Positions 1 through 15,000 of a stretch of DNA of 64,000 bases are shown here, one piece after another (position 1 is the stretch's first letter; the number at the start of each line of letters is the position of its first letter). Under the pieces are notes generated by a model. That model made no database searches, had not been told where the DNA came from, and saw nothing but the letters and a program-made list of their open reading frames with translations. Origin of the DNA: Eledone cirrhosa (taxonomy: Eukaryota); the NCBI GenBank assembly GCA_964016885.1, contig OZ024740.1:151156001-151220000 (forward strand). The letters run 5' to 3'. A program made the position numbers and the translations under genes.

Positions 1-3000
1 TTGTGGCTTATGTGATGGTTGTAATTGGTGTGTTGGTTGTGGTTAATGTAATGGTTGTAATTGGTGTGTTGGTTGTGGCTTATGTGATGGTTGTAATTGG
101 TGTGTTGGTTGTGGTTTATGTAATGGTTGTAATTGGTGTGTTGGTTGTGGCTTATGTAATGGTTGTAATTGGTGTGTTGGTTGTGGTTAATGTAATGGTT
201 GTAATTGGTGTGTTGGTTGTGGCTTATGTGATGGTTGTAATTGGTGTGTTGGTTGTGACTTATGTGATGGTTGTAATTGGTGTGTTGGTTGTGACTTATG
301 TAATGGTTGTAATTGGTGTGTTGGTTGTGGCTTATGTGATGGTTGTAATTGGTGTGTTGGTTGTGGCTTATGTAATGGTTGTAATTGGTGTGTTGGTTGT
401 GGCTTATGTAATGGTTGTAATTGGTGTGTTGGTTGTGGCTTATGTAATGGTTGTAATTGGTGTGTTGGTTGTGGTTAATGTAATGGTTGTAATTGGTGTG
501 TTGGTTGTGGCTTATGTGATGGTTGTTATTGGTGTGTTGGTTGTGGCTTATGTGATGGTTGTAATTGGTGTGTTGGTTGTGACTTATGTAATGGTTGTAA
601 TTGGTGTGTTGGTTGTGGCTTATGTGATGGTTGTAATTGGTGTGTTGGTTGTGGCTTATGTAATGGTTGTAATTGGTGTGTTGGTTGTGGCTTATGTAAT
701 GGTTGTAATTGGTGTGTTGGTTGTGACTTATGTAATGGTTGTAATTGGTGTGTTGGTTGTGGCTTATGTAATGGTTGTAATTGGTGTGTTGGTTGTGGCT
801 TATGTAATGGTTGTAATTGGTGTGTTGGTTGTGACTTATGTAATGGTTGTAATTGGTGTGTTGGTTGTGGCTTATGTAATGGTTGTAATTGGTGTGTTGG
901 TTGTGGCTTATGTAATGGTTGTAATTGGTGTGTTGGTTGTGGCTTATGTAATGGTTGTAATTGGTGTGTTGGTTGTGGCTTATGTAATGGTTGTAATTGG
1001 TGTGTTGGTTGTGACTTATGTAATGGTTGTAATTGGTGTGTTGGTTGTGACTTATGTAATGGTTGTAATTGGTGTGTTGGTTGTGGCTTATGTGATGGTT
1101 GTAATTGGTGTGTTGGTTGTGGCTTATGTGATGGTTGTAATTGGTGTGTTGGTTGTGACTTATGTAATGGTTGTAATTGGTGTGTTGGTTGTGGCTTATG
1201 TGATGGTTGTAATTGGTGTGTTGGTTGTGACTTATGTAATGGTTGTAATTGGTGTGTTGGTTGTGGCTTATGTAATGGTTGTAATTGGTGTGTTGGTTGT
1301 GGCTTATGTGATGGTTGTAATTGGTGTGTTGGTTGTGACTTATGTGATGGGTGTAATTGGTGTGTTGGTTGTGGCTTATGTGATGGGTGTAATTGGTGTG
1401 TTGGTTGTGGCTTATGTAATGGTTGTAATTGGTGTGTTGGTTGTGGCTTATGTAATGGTTGTAATTGGTGTGTTGGTTGTGGCTTATGTGATGGTTGTAA
1501 TTGGTGTGTTGGTTGTGACTTATGTGATGGTTGTAATTGGTGTGTTGGTTGTGGCTTATGTGATGGTTGTAATTGGTGTGTTGGTTGTGACTTATGTGAT
1601 GGTTGTAATTGGTGTGTTGGTTGTGGCTTATGTGATGGTTGTAATTGGTGTGTTGGTAGTGGCTTATGTAATGGTTGTAATTGGTGTGTTGGTTGTGACT
1701 TATGTAATGGGTGTAATTGGTGTGTTGGTTGTGGCTTATGTAATGGTTGTAATTGGTGTGTTGGTTGTGACTTATGTAATGGGTGTAATTGGTGTGTTGG
1801 TTGTGGCTTATGTGATGGTTGTAATTGGTGTGTTGGTTGTGGCTTATGTAATGGTTGTAATTGGTGTGTTGGTTGTGGTTTATGTAATGGGTGTAATTGG
1901 TGTGTTGGATGTGGCTTATGTGATGGTTGTAATTGGTGTGTTGGTTGTGGCTTATGTAATGGGTGTAATTGGTGTGTTGGATGTGGCTTATGTGATGGTT
2001 GTAATTGGTGTGTTGGTTGTGACTTATGTGATGGTTGTAATTGGTGTGTTGGATGTGGCTTATGTGATGGTTGTAATTGGTGTGTTGGTTGTGGCTTATG
2101 TGATGGTTGTAATTGGTGTGTTGGTTGTGGTTTATGTAATGGGTGTAATTGGTGTGTTGGATGTGGCTTATGTGATGGTTGTAATTGGTGTGTTGGTTGT
2201 GGTTTATGTAATGGGTGTAATTGGTGTGTTGGATGTGGCTTATGTGATGGTTGTAATTGGTGTATTGGTTGTGGCTTATGTAATGGGTGTAATTGGTGTG
2301 TTGGATGTGGCTTATGTGATGGTTGTAATTGGTGTGTTGGTTGTGGTTTATGTAATGGGTGTAATTGGTGTGTTGGATGTGGCTTATGTGATGGTTGTAA
2401 TTGGTGTGTTGGTTGTGGCTTATGTAATGGGTGTAATTGGTGTGTTGGATGTGGCTTATGTGATGGTTGTAATTGGTGTGTTGGTTGTGGCTTATGTGAT
2501 GGTTGTAATTGGTGTGTTGGTTGTGGTTTATGTAATGGGTGTAATTGGTGTGTTGGATGTGGCTTATGTGATGGTTGTAATTGGTGTGTTGGTTGTGGTT
2601 TATGTAATGGGTGTAATTGGTGTGTTGGATGTGGCTTATGTGATGGTTGTAATTGGTGTGTTGGTTGTGGCTTATGTAATGGGTGTAATTGGTGTGTTGG
2701 ATGTGGCTTATGTGATGGTTGTAATTGGTGTGTTGGTTGTGGCTTATGTAATGGGTGTAATTGGTGTGTTGGATGTGGCTTATGTGATGGTTGTAATTGG
2801 TGTGTTGGTTGTGGCTTATGTGATGGTTGTAATTGGTGTGTTGGTTGTGGCTTATGTAATGGGTGTAATTGGTGTGTTGTTTGTGGCTTATGTAATGGGT
2901 GTAATTGGTGTGTTGGTTGTGGCTTATGTAATGGTTGTAATTGGTGTGTTGGATGTGGCTTATGTGATGGTTGTAATTGGTGTGTTGGTTGTGGCTTATG

Positions 3001-6000
3001 TAATGGGTGTAATTGGTGTGTTGGTTGTGGCTTATGTAATGGGTGTAATTGGTGTGTTGGATGTGGCTTATGTGATGGTTGTAATTGGTGTGTTGGTTGT
3101 GGCTTATGTAATGGGTGTAATTGGTGTGTTGTTTGTGGCTTATGTAATGGTTGTAATTGGTGTGTTGGTTGTGACTTATGTGATGGTTGTAATTGGTGTG
3201 TTGGTTGTGACTTATGTGATGGTTGTAATTGGTGTGTTGGTTGTGGTTTATGTGATGGTTGTAATTGGTGTGTTGGTTGTGGCTTATGTGATGGTTGTAA
3301 TTGGTGTGTTGGTTGTGGCTTATGTGATGGTTGTAATTGGTGTGTTGGTTGTGGCTTATGTAATGGGTGTAATTGGTGTGTTGTTTGTGGCTTATGTAAT
3401 GGTTGTAATTGGTGTGTTGGTTGTGGCTTATGTGATGGTTGTAATTGGTGTGTTGGTTGTGGCTTATGTAATGGGTGTAATTGGTGTGTTGGTTGTGGCT
3501 TATGTAATGGTTGTAATTGGTGTGTTGGTTGTGACTTATGTAATGGGTGTAATTGGTGTGTTGGTTGTGGCTTATGTAATGGGTGTAATTGGTGTGTTGT
3601 TTGTGGCTTATGTAATGGGTGTAATTGGTGTGTTGGATGTGGCTTATGTAATGGTTGTAATTGGTGTGTTGGTTGTGACTTATGTAATGGGTGTAATTGG
3701 TGTGTTGGTTGTGGCTTATGTGATGGTTGTAATTGGTGTGTTGGTTGTGACTTATGTGATGGTTGTAATTGGTGTGTTGGTTGTGGCTTATGTAATGGTT
3801 GTAATTGGTGTGTTGGTTGTGACTTATGTAATGGGTGTAATTGGTGTGTTGGTTGTGGCTTATGTGATGGTTGTAATTGGTGTGTTGGTTGTGACTTATG
3901 TGATGGTTGTAATTGGTGTGTTGGTTGTGGCTTATGTAATGGTTGTAATTGGTGTGTTGGTTGTGGCTTATGTAATGGTTGTAATTGGTGTGTTGGTTGT
4001 GGCTTATGTGATGGTTGTAATTGGTGTGTTGGTTGTGACTTATGTGATGGTTGTAATTGGTGTGTTGGTTGTGGCTTATGTAATGGTTGTAATTGGTGTG
4101 TTGGTTGTGGCTTATGTAATGGTTGTAATTGGTGTGTTGGTTGTGGCTTATGTGATGGTTGTAATTGGTGTGTTGGTTGTGACTTATGTGATGGTTGTAA
4201 TTGGTGTGTTGGTTGTGGCTTATGTGATGGTTGTAATTGGTGTGTTGGTTGTGGCTTATGTAATGGTTGTAATTGGTGTGTTGGTTGTGGCTTATGTAAT
4301 GGTTGTAATTGGTGTGTTGGTTGTGGTTAATGTAATGGGTGTAATTGGTGTGTTGGTTGTGGCTTATGTAATTGTTGTCATTGGTGTGTTGGTTGTGGTT
4401 AATGTAATGGTTGTAATTGGTGTGTTGGTTGTGGCTTATGTGATGGTTGTAATTGGTGTGTTGGTTGTGGCTTATGTGATGGTTGTAATTGGTCTGTTGG
4501 TTGTGACTTATTTGATGGTTGTAATTGGTGTGTTTGTTGTGACTTATGTGATGGTTGTAATTGGTGTGTTGGTTGTGGCTTATGTGATGGTTGTAATTGG
4601 TGTGTTGGTTGTGACTTATGTGATGGTTGTAATTGGTGTGTTGGTTGTGGCTTATGTGATGGTTGTAATTGGTCTGTTGGTTGTGACTTATTTGATGGTT
4701 GTAATTGGTGTGTTGTTGTGACTTATGTGATGGTTGTAATTGGTGTGTTGGTTGTGGCTTATGTGATGGTTGTAATTGGTGTGTTGGTTGTGGCCTATGT
4801 GATGGTTGTAATTGGTGTGTTGGTTGTGGCTTATGTGATGGTTGTAATTGGTGTGTTGGTTGTGGCTTATGTAATGGTTGTAATTGGTGTGTTGGTTGTG
4901 GTTAATGTAATGGGTGTAATTGGTGTGTTGGTTGTGGCTTATGTGATGGTTGTAATTGGTGTGTTTGTTGTGACTTATGTGATGGTTGTAATTGGTGTGT
5001 TGGTTGTGGCTTATGTGATGGTTGTAATTGGTGTGTTGGTTGTGACTTATGTGATGGTTGTAATTGGTGTGTTGGTTGTGACTTATGTAATGGTTGTAAT
5101 TGGTGTGTTGGTTGTGACTTATGTGATGGTTGTAATTGGTGTGTTGGTTGTAACTTATGTAATGGTTGTAATTGGTGTGTTGGTTGTGACTTATGTAATG
5201 GTTGTAATTGGTGTGTTGGTTGTGGTTTATGTGATGGTTGTAATCAGTGTGTTGGTTGTGGCTTATGTGATGGTTGTAATTAGTGTGTTGGTTGTGGCTT
5301 ATGTGATGGTTGTAATTGGTGTGTTGGTTGTGGCTTATGTGATGGTTGTAATTGGTGTGTTGGTTGTGGCTTATGTGATGGTTGTAATCAGTGTGTTGGT
5401 TGTGACTTATCTGATGGTTGTAATTAGTGTGTTGGTTGTGGCTTATGTGATGGTTGTAATTGGTGTGTTGGTTGTGGTTTATGTAATGGTTGTAATCAGT
5501 GTGTTGGTTGTGACTTATGTGATGGTTGTAATTGGTGTGTTGGTTATGGTTTATGTAATGGTTGTAATCAGTGTGTTGGTTGTGACTTATGTGATGGTTG
5601 TAATTGGTGTGTTGGTTGTGGCTTATGTGATGGTTGTAATCAGTGTGTTGGTTGTGACTTATGTGATGGTTGTAATTGGTGTGTTGGTTGTGGTTTATGT
5701 AATGGTTGTAATCAGTGTGTTGGTTGTGACTTATGTGATGGTTGTAATTGGTGTGTTGGTTGTGGTTTATGTAATGGGTGTAATTGGTGTGTTGGTTGTG
5801 ACTTATGTGATGGTTGTAATTGGTGTGTTGGTTGTGGCTTATGTAATGGGTGTAATTGGTGTGTTGGTTGTGGTTAATGTAATGGTTGTAATTGGTGTGT
5901 TGGTTGTGACTTATGTAATGGGTGTAATTGGTGTGTTGGTTGTGGCTTATGTGATGGTTGTAATTGGTGTGTTGGTTGTGGCTTATGTGATGGTTGTAAT

Positions 6001-9000
6001 TGGTGTGTTGGTTGTGACTTATGTGATGGTTGTAATTGGTGTGTTGGTTGTGGTTTATGTGATGGTCGTAATTCGTGTGTTGGTTGTGGCTTATGTGATG
6101 GTTGTAATTGGTGTGTTGGTTGTGACTTATGTGATGGTTGTAATTGGTGTGTTGGTTGTGACTTATGTAATGGTTGTAATTGGTGTGTTGGTTGTGGCTT
6201 ATGTGATGGTTGTAATTGGTGTGTTGGTTGTGGCTTATGTAATGGTTGTAATTGGTGTGTTGGTTGTGACTTATGTGATGGTTGTAATTGGTGTGTTGGT
6301 TGTGGCTTATGTGATGGTTGTAATTGGTGTGTTGGTTGTGGTTTATGTGATGGTTGTAATTGGTGTGTTGGTTGTGGTTTATGTGATGGTTGTAATTGGT
6401 GTGTTGGTTGTGACTTATGTGATGGTTGTAATTGGTGTGTTGGTTGTGGCTTATGTAATGGTTGTAATTGGTGTGTTGGTTGTGACTTATGTGATGGGTG
6501 TAATTGGTGTGTTGGTTGTGGCTTATGTGATGGGTGTAATTGGTGTGTTGGTTGTGGCTTATGTGATGGTTGTAATTGGTGTGTTGGTTGTGGCTTATGT
6601 AATGGTTGTAATTGGTGTGTTGGTTGTGACTTATGTGATGGGTGTAATTGGTGTGTTGGTTGTGGCTTATGTAATGGTTGTAATTGGTGTGTTGGTTGTG
6701 ACTTATGTGATGGGTGTAATTGGTGTGTTGGTTGTGGCTTATGTGATGGGTGTAATTGGTGTGTTGGTTGTGGCTTATGTGATGGGTGTAATTGGTGTGT
6801 TGGTTGTGGCTTATGTGATGGGTGTAATTGGTGTGTTGGTTGTGGCTTATGTAATGGTTGTAATTGGTGTGTTGGTTGTGACTTATGTGATGGTTGTAAT
6901 TGGTGTGTTGGTTGTGGCTTATGTGATGGTTGTAATTGGTGTGTTGGTTGTGGCTTATGTAATGGTTGTAATTGGTGTGTTGGTTGTGGCTTATGTGATG
7001 GTTGTAATTGGTGTGTTGGTTGTGGCTTATGTGATGGTTGTAATTGGTGTGTTGGTTGTGGCTTATGTGATGGTTGTAATTGGTGTGTTGGTTGTGACTT
7101 ATGTGATGGTTGTAATTGGTGTGTTGGTTGTGACTTATGTGATGGTTGTAATTGGTGTGTTGGTTGTGGCTTATGTAATGGTTGTAATTGGTGTGTTGGT
7201 TGTGGCTTATGTGATGGTTGTAATTGGTGTGTTGGTTGTGGCTTATGTGATGGTTGTAATTGGTGTGTTGGTTGTGACTTATGTGATGGTTGTAATTGGT
7301 GTGTTGGTTGTGGCTTATGTGATGGTTGTAATTGGTGTGTTGGTTGTGGCTTATGTAATGGTTGTAATTGGTGTGTTGGTTGTGGCTTATGTAATGGTTG
7401 TAATTGGTGTGTTGGTTGTGGTTAATGTAATGGGTGTAATTGGTGTGTTGGTTGTGGCTTATGTAATTGTTGTCATTGGTGTGTTGGTTGTGGTTAATGT
7501 AATGGTTGTAATTGGTGTGTTGGTTGTGGCTTATGTGATGGTTGTAATTGGTGTGTTGGTTGTGGCTTATGTGATGGTTGTAATTGGTCTGTTGGTTGTG
7601 GCTTATGTAATGGTTGTAATTGGTGTGTTGGTTGTGACTTATGTGATGGTTGTAATTTGTGTGTTGGTTGTGGCTTATGTGATGGGTGTAATTGGTGTGT
7701 TGGTTGTGACTTATTTGATGGTTGTAATTGGTGTGTTGGTTGTGACTTATTTGATGGTTGTAATTGGTGTGTTTGTTGTGACTTATGTGATGGTTGTAAT
7801 TGGTGTGTTGGTTGTGGCTTATGTGATGGTTGTAATTGGTGTGTTGGTTGTGACTTATGTGATGGTTGTAATTGGTGTGTTGGTTGTGACTTATGTGATG
7901 GTTGTAATTGGTGTGTTGGTTGTGACTTATGTGATGGTTGTAATTTGTGTGTTGGTTGTGACTTATGTGATGGTTGTAATTGGTGTGTTGGTTGTGACTT
8001 ATGTAATGGTTGTAATTGGTGTGTTAGTTGTGACTTATGTGATGGTTGTAATTGGTGTGTTGGTTGTGAATTATCTGATGGTTGTAATTGGTGTGTTGGT
8101 TGTGGCTTATGTGATGGTTGTAATTGGTGTGTTGGTTGTGGTTAATGTAATGGTTGTAATTGGTGTGTTGGTTGTGACTTATGTAATGGGTGTAATTGGT
8201 GTGTTGGTTGTGGCTTATGTGATGGTTGTAATTGGTGTGTTGGTTGTGGCTTATGCGATGGTTGTAATTGGTGTGTTGGTTGTGACTTATGTGATGGTTG
8301 TAATTGGTGTGTTGATTGTGGTTTATGTGATGGTTGTAATTGGTGTGTTGGTTGTGACTTATGTGATGGTTGTAATTGGTGTGTTGGTTGTGACTTATTT
8401 AATGGGTGTAATTGGTGTGTTGGTTGTGGCTTATGTAATGGTTGTAATTGGTGTATTGGTTGTGACTTATGTGATGGTTGTGACTTATGTGATGGTTGTA
8501 ATTGGTGTGTTGGTTGTGGCTTATGTGATGGTTGTAATTGGTGTGTTGGTTCTGGCTTATGTGATGGTTGTAATTGGTGTGTTCGTTGTGGTTTATGTGA
8601 TGGTTGTAATTGGTGTGTTGGTTGTGACTTATGTAATGGTTGTAATTGGTGTGTTGGTTGTGACTTATGTAATGGTTGTAATTGGTGTGTTGGTTGTGAC
8701 TTATGTAATGGTTGTAATTGGTGTGTTGGTTGTGGTTTATGTGATGGTTGTAATTGGTGTGTTGTTTGTGACTTATGTGATGGTTGTAATTGGTGTGTTG
8801 GTTGTGGCTTATGTGATGGTTGTAATTGGTGTGTTGGTTGTGGCTTATGTAATGGTTGTAATTGGTGTGTTGGTTGTGGCTTATGTGATGGTTGTAATTG
8901 GTGTGTTGGTTGTGACTTATGTGATGGTTGTAATTGGTGTGTTGGTTGTGACTTATGTAATGGTTGTAATTGGTGTGTTGGTTGTGGCTTATGTAATGGT

Positions 9001-12000
9001 TGTAATTGGTGTGTTGGTTGTGGCTTATGTAATGGTTGTAATTGGTGTGTTGGTTGTGGTTTATGTGATGGTTGTAATTGGTGTGTTGGTTGTGATTTAT
9101 CTGATGGTTGTAATTGGTGTGTTGGTTGTGACTTATGTGATGGTTGTAATTGGTGTGTTGGTTGTGACTTATGTGATGGTTGTAATTGGTGTGTTGGTTG
9201 TGGCTTATGTGATGGTTGTAATTGGTGTGTTGGTTGTGACTTATGTAATGGGTGTAATTGGTGTGTTGGTTGTGGCTTATGTAATGGTTGTAATTGGTGT
9301 GTTGGTTGTGGCTTATGTGATGGTTGTTATTGGTGTGTTGGTTGTGGCTTATGTGATGGTTGTAATTGGTGTGTTGGTTGTGGCTTATGTGATGGTTGTA
9401 ATTGGTGTGTTGGTTATGGCTTATGTAATGGTTGTAATTGGTGTGTTGGTTGTGGCTTATGTAATGGTTGTAATTGGTGTGTTGGTTGTGGCTTATGTAA
9501 TGGTTGTAATTGGTGTGTTGGTTGTGGCTTATGTAATGGTTGTAATTGGTGTGTTGGTTGTGACTTATGTGATGGTTGTAATTGGTGTGTTGGTTGTGAC
9601 TTATGTGATGGTTGTAATTGGTGTGTTGGTTGTGGTTAATGTAATGGTTGTAATTGGTGTGTTGGTTGTGGCTTATGTGATGGTTGTAATTGGTGTGTTG
9701 GTTTTGACTTATGTAATGGGTGTAATTGGTGTGTTGGTTGTGACTTATGTGATGGTTGTAATTGGTGTGTTGGTTGTGGCTTATGTAATGGTTGTAATTG
9801 GTGTGTTGGTTGTGGCTTATGTGATGGTTGTAATTGGTGTGTTGGTTTTGACTTATGTAATGGTTGTAATTGGTGTGTTGGTTGTGGCTTATGTGATGGT
9901 TGTAATTGGTGTGTTGGTTGTGGCTTATGTAATGGTTGTAATTGGTGTGTTGGTTGTGGCTTATGTGATGGTTGTAATTGGTGTGTTGGTTGTGGCTTAT
10001 GTGATGGTTGTAATTGGTGTGTTGGTTGTGGCTTATGTAATGGTTGTAATTGGTGTGTTGGTTGTGGTTAATGTAATGGTTGTAATTGGTGTGTTGGTTG
10101 TGGCTTATGTGATGGTTGTAATTGGTGTGTTGGTTTTGACTTATGTAATGGGTGTAATTGGTGTGTTGGTTGTGACTTATGTGATGGTTGTAATTGGTGT
10201 GTTGGTTGTGGCTTATGTAATGGTTGTAATTGGTGTGTTGGTTGTGGCTTATGTGATGGTTGTAATTGGTGTGTTGGTTTTGACTTATGTAATGGTTGTA
10301 ATTGGTGTGTTGGTTGTGGCTTATGTGATGGTTGTAATTGGTGTGTTGGTTGTGGCTTATGTAATGGTTGTAATTGGTGTGTTGGTTGTGGCTTATGTGA
10401 TGGTTGTAATTGGTGTGTTGGTTGTGGCTTATGTGATGGTTGTAATTGGTGTGTTGGTTGTGGCTTATGTAATGGTTGTAATTGGTGTGTTGGTTGTGGC
10501 TTATGTGATGGTTGTAATTGGTGTGTTGGTTGTGGCTTATGTGATGGTTGTAATTGGTGTGTTGGTTGTGACTTATGTGATGGTTGTAATTGGTGTGTTG
10601 GTTGTGGCTTATGTGATGGTTGTAATTGATGTGTTGGTTGTGACTTATGTGATGGTTGTAATTGGTGTGTTGGTTGTGGCTTATGTGATGGTTGTAATTG
10701 GTGTGTTGGTTGTGTCTTATGTAATGGTTGTAATTGGTGTGTTGGTTGTGGCTTATCTGATGGTTGTAATTGGTGTGTTGGTTGTGACTTATGTGATGGT
10801 TGTAATTGGTGTGTTGGTTGTGGCTTATGTAATGGTTGTAATTGGTGTGTTGGTTGTGGCTTATGTAATGGTTGTAATTGGTGTGTTGGTTGTGGCTTAT
10901 GTAATGGTTGTAATTGGTGTGTTGGTTGTGGCTTATGTGATGGTTGTAATTGGTGTGTTGGTTGTGGCTTATGTGATGGTTGTAATTGGTGTGTTGGTTG
11001 TGACTTATGTGATGGTTGTAATTGGTGTGTTGGTTGTGGCTTATGTGATGGTTGTAATTGGTGTGTTGGTTGTGTCTTATGTAATGGTTGTAATTGGTGT
11101 GTTGGTTGTGGCTTATCTGATGGTTGTAATTGGTGTGTTGGTTGTGACTTATGTGATGGTTGTAATTGGTGTGTTGGTTGTGGCTTATGTAATGGTTGTA
11201 ATTGGTGTGTTGGTTGTGACTTATGTGATGGTTGTAATTGGTGTGTTGGTTGTGGCTTATGTGATGGTTGTAATTGGTGTGTTGGTTGTGGCTTATGTGA
11301 TGGTTGTAATTGGTGTGTTGGTTGTGACTTATGTGATGGTTGTAATTGGTGTGTTGGTTGTGGCTTATGTAATGGTTGTAATTGGTGTGTTGGATGTGGC
11401 TTATGTAATGGTTGTAATTGGTGTGTTGGTTGTGGCTTATGTGATGGTTGTAATTGGTGTGTTGGTTGTGGTTTATGTGATGGTTGTAATTGGTGTGTTG
11501 GTTGTGGCTTATGTGATGGTTGTAATTGGTGTGTTGGTTGTGGCTTATGTAATGGTTGTAATTGGTGTGTTGGATGTGGCTTATGTAATGGTTGTAATTG
11601 GTGTGTTGGTTGTGGCTTATGTGATGGTTGTAATTGGTGTGTTGGTTGTGGCTTATGTGATGGTTGTAATTGGTGTGTTGGTTGTGGTTTATGTGATGGT
11701 TGTAATTGGTGTGTTGGTTGTGGCTTATGTGATGGTTGTAATTGGTGTGTTGGTTGTGACTTATGTGATGGTTGTAATTGGTGTGTTGGTTGTGACTTAT
11801 GTGATGGTTGTAATTGGTGTGTTGGTTGTGACTTATCTGATGGTTGTAATTGGTGTGTTGGTTGTGGCTTATGTAATGGTTGTAATTGGTGTGTTGGTTG
11901 TGACTTATGTGATGGTTGTAATTGGTGTGTTGGTTGTGACTTATGTGATGGTTGTAATTGGTGTGTTGGTTGTGACTTATGTGATGGTTGTAATTGGTGT

Positions 12001-15000
12001 GTTGGTTGCGACTTATCTGATGGTTGTAATTGGTGTGTTGGTTGTGGCTTATGTAATGGTTGTAATTGGTGTGTTGGTTGTGACTTATGTGATGGTTGTA
12101 ATTGGTGTGTTGGTTGTGACTTATGTGATGGTTGTAATTGGTGTGTTGGTTGTGGTTTATGTGATGGTTGTAATTGGTGTGTTGGTTGTGACTTATGTGA
12201 TGGTTGTAATTGGTGTGTTGGTTGTGGTTTATGTGATGGTTGTAATTGGTGTGTTGGTTGCGACTTATCTGATGGTTGTAATTGGTGTGTTGGTTGTGGC
12301 TTATGTAATGGTTGTAATTGGTGTGTTGGTTGTGAATTATGTAATGGTTGTAATTGGTGTGTTGGTTGTGACTTATGTGATGGTTGTAATTGGTGTGTTG
12401 TTTGTGGTTTATGTGATGGTTGTAATTGGTGTGTTGGTTGTGACTTATGTGATGGTTGTAATTGGTGTGTTGGTTGTGGTTTATGTGATGGTTGTAATTG
12501 GTGTGTTGGTTGCGACTTATCTGATGGTTGTAATTGGTGTGTTGGTTGTGGCTTATGTAATGGTTGTAATTGGTGTGTTGTTTGTGGCTTATGTAATGGT
12601 TGTAATTGGTGTGTTGGTTGTGGCTTATGTGATGGTTGTAATTGGTGTGTTGGTTGTGGCTTATGTGATGGTTGTAATTGGTGTGTTGGTTGTGGCTTAT
12701 GTGATGGTTGTAATTGGTGTGTTGGTTGTGACTTATGTGATGGTTGTAATTGGTGTGTTGGTTGTGACTTATGTGATGGTTGTAATTGGTGTGTTGGTTG
12801 TGGCTTATGTGATGGTTGTAATTGGTGTGTTGGTTGTGGCTTATGTGATGGTTGTAATTGGTGTGTTGGTTGTGACTTATGTGATGGTTGTAATTGGTGT
12901 GTTGGTTGTGGCTTATGTGATGGTTGTAATTGGTGTGTTGGTTGTGACTTATGTGATGGTTGTAATTGGTGTGTTGGTTGTGGCTTATGTAATGGTTGTA
13001 ATTGGTGTGTTGGTTGTGGCTTATGTAATGGTTGTAATTGGTGTGTTGGTTGTGGCTTATGTAATGGTTGTAATTGGTGTGTTGGTTGTGGCTTATGTAA
13101 TGGTTGTAATTGGTGTGTTGGTTGTGGCTTATGTGATGGTTGTAATTGGTGTGTTGGTTGTGGCTTATGTGATGGTTGTAATTGGTGTGTTGGTTGTGAC
13201 TTATGTAATGGTTGTAATTGGTGTGTTGGTTGTGGCTTATGTGATGGTTGTAATTGGTGTGTTGGTTGTGGCTTATGTGATGGTTGTAATTGGTGTGTTG
13301 GTTGTGACTTATGTAATGGTTGTAATTGGTGTGTTGGTTGTGGCTTATGTAATGGTTGTAATTGGTGTGTTGGTTGTGGCTTATGTAATGGTTGTAATTG
13401 GTGTGTTGGTTGTGGCTTATGTGATGGTTGTAATTGGTGTGTTGGTTGTGGCTTATGTGATGGTTGTAATTGGTGTGTTGGTTGTGACTTATGTAATGGT
13501 TGTAATTGGTGTGTTGGTTGTGGCTTATGTGATGGTTGTAATTGGTGTGTTGGTTGTGGCTTATGTGATGGTTGTAATTGGTGTGTTGGTTGTGACTTAT
13601 GTAATGGTTGTAATTGGTGTGTTGGTTGTGGCTTATGTGATGGTTGTAATTGGTGTGTTGGTTGTGGCTTATGTGATGGTTGTAATTGGTGTGTTGGTTG
13701 TGACTTATGTAATGGTTGTAATTGGTGTGTTGGTTGTGGCTTATGTAATGGTTGTAATTGGTGTGTTGGTTGTGGCTTATGTAATGGTTGTAATTGGTGT
13801 GTTGGTTGTGGCTTATGTGATGGTTGTAATTGGTGTGTTGGTTGTGGCTTATGTGATGGTTGTAATTGGTGTGTTGGTTGTGACTTATGTAATGGTTGTA
13901 ATTGGTGTGTTGGTTGTGGCTTATGTGATGGTTGTAATTGGTGTGTTGGTTGTGGCTTATGTGATGGTTGTAATTGGTGTGTTGGTTGTGGCTTATGTGA
14001 TGGTTGTAATTGGTGTGTTGGTTGTGACTTATGTAATGGTTGTAATTGGTGTGTTGGTTGTGGCTTATGTAATGGTTGTAATTGGTGTGTTGGTTGTGGC
14101 TTATGTAATGGTTGTAATTGGTGTGTTGGTTGTGGCTTATGTGATGGTTGTAATTGGTGTGTTGGTTGTGGCTTATGTGATGGTTGTAATTGGTGTGTTG
14201 GTTGTGACTTATGTAATGGTTGTAATTGGTGTGTTGGTTGTGGCTTATGTAATGGTTGTAATTGGTGTGTTGGTTGTGGCTTATGTAATGGTTGTAATTG
14301 GTGTGTTGGTTGTGGCTTATGTGATGGTTGTAATTGGTGTGTTGGTTGTGGCTTATGTGATGGTTGTAATTGGTGTGTTGGTTGTGACTTATGTAATGGT
14401 TGTAATTGGTGTGTTGGTTGTGGCTTATGTAATGGTTGTAATTGGTGTGTTGGTTGTGGCTTATGTAATGGTTGTAATTGGTGTGTTGGTTGTGGCTTAT
14501 GTGATGGTTGTAATTGGTGTGTTGGTTGTGGCTTATGTGATGGTTGTAATTGGTGTGTTGGTTGTGACTTATGTAATGGTTGTAATTGGTGTGTTGGTTG
14601 TGGCTTATGTGATGGTTGTAATTGGTGTGTTGGTTGTGGCTTATGTGATGGTTGTAATTGGTGTGTTGGTTGTGACTTATGTAATGGTTGTAATTGGTGT
14701 GTTGGTTGTGGCTTATGTGATGGTTGTAATTGGTGTGTTGGTTGTGGCTTATGTGATGGTTGTAATTGGTGTGTTGGTTGTGGCTTATGTAATGGTTGTA
14801 ATTGGTGTGTTGGTTGTGGCTTATGTGATGGTTGTAATTGGTGTGTTGGTTGTGACTTATGTGATGGTTGTAATTGGTGTGTTGGTTGTGGCTTATGTGA
14901 TGGTTGTAATTGGTGTGTTTGTTGTGGTTAATGTAATGGTTGTAATTGGTGTGTTGGTTGTGGTTAATGTAATGGTTGTAATTGGTGTGTTGTTTGTGAC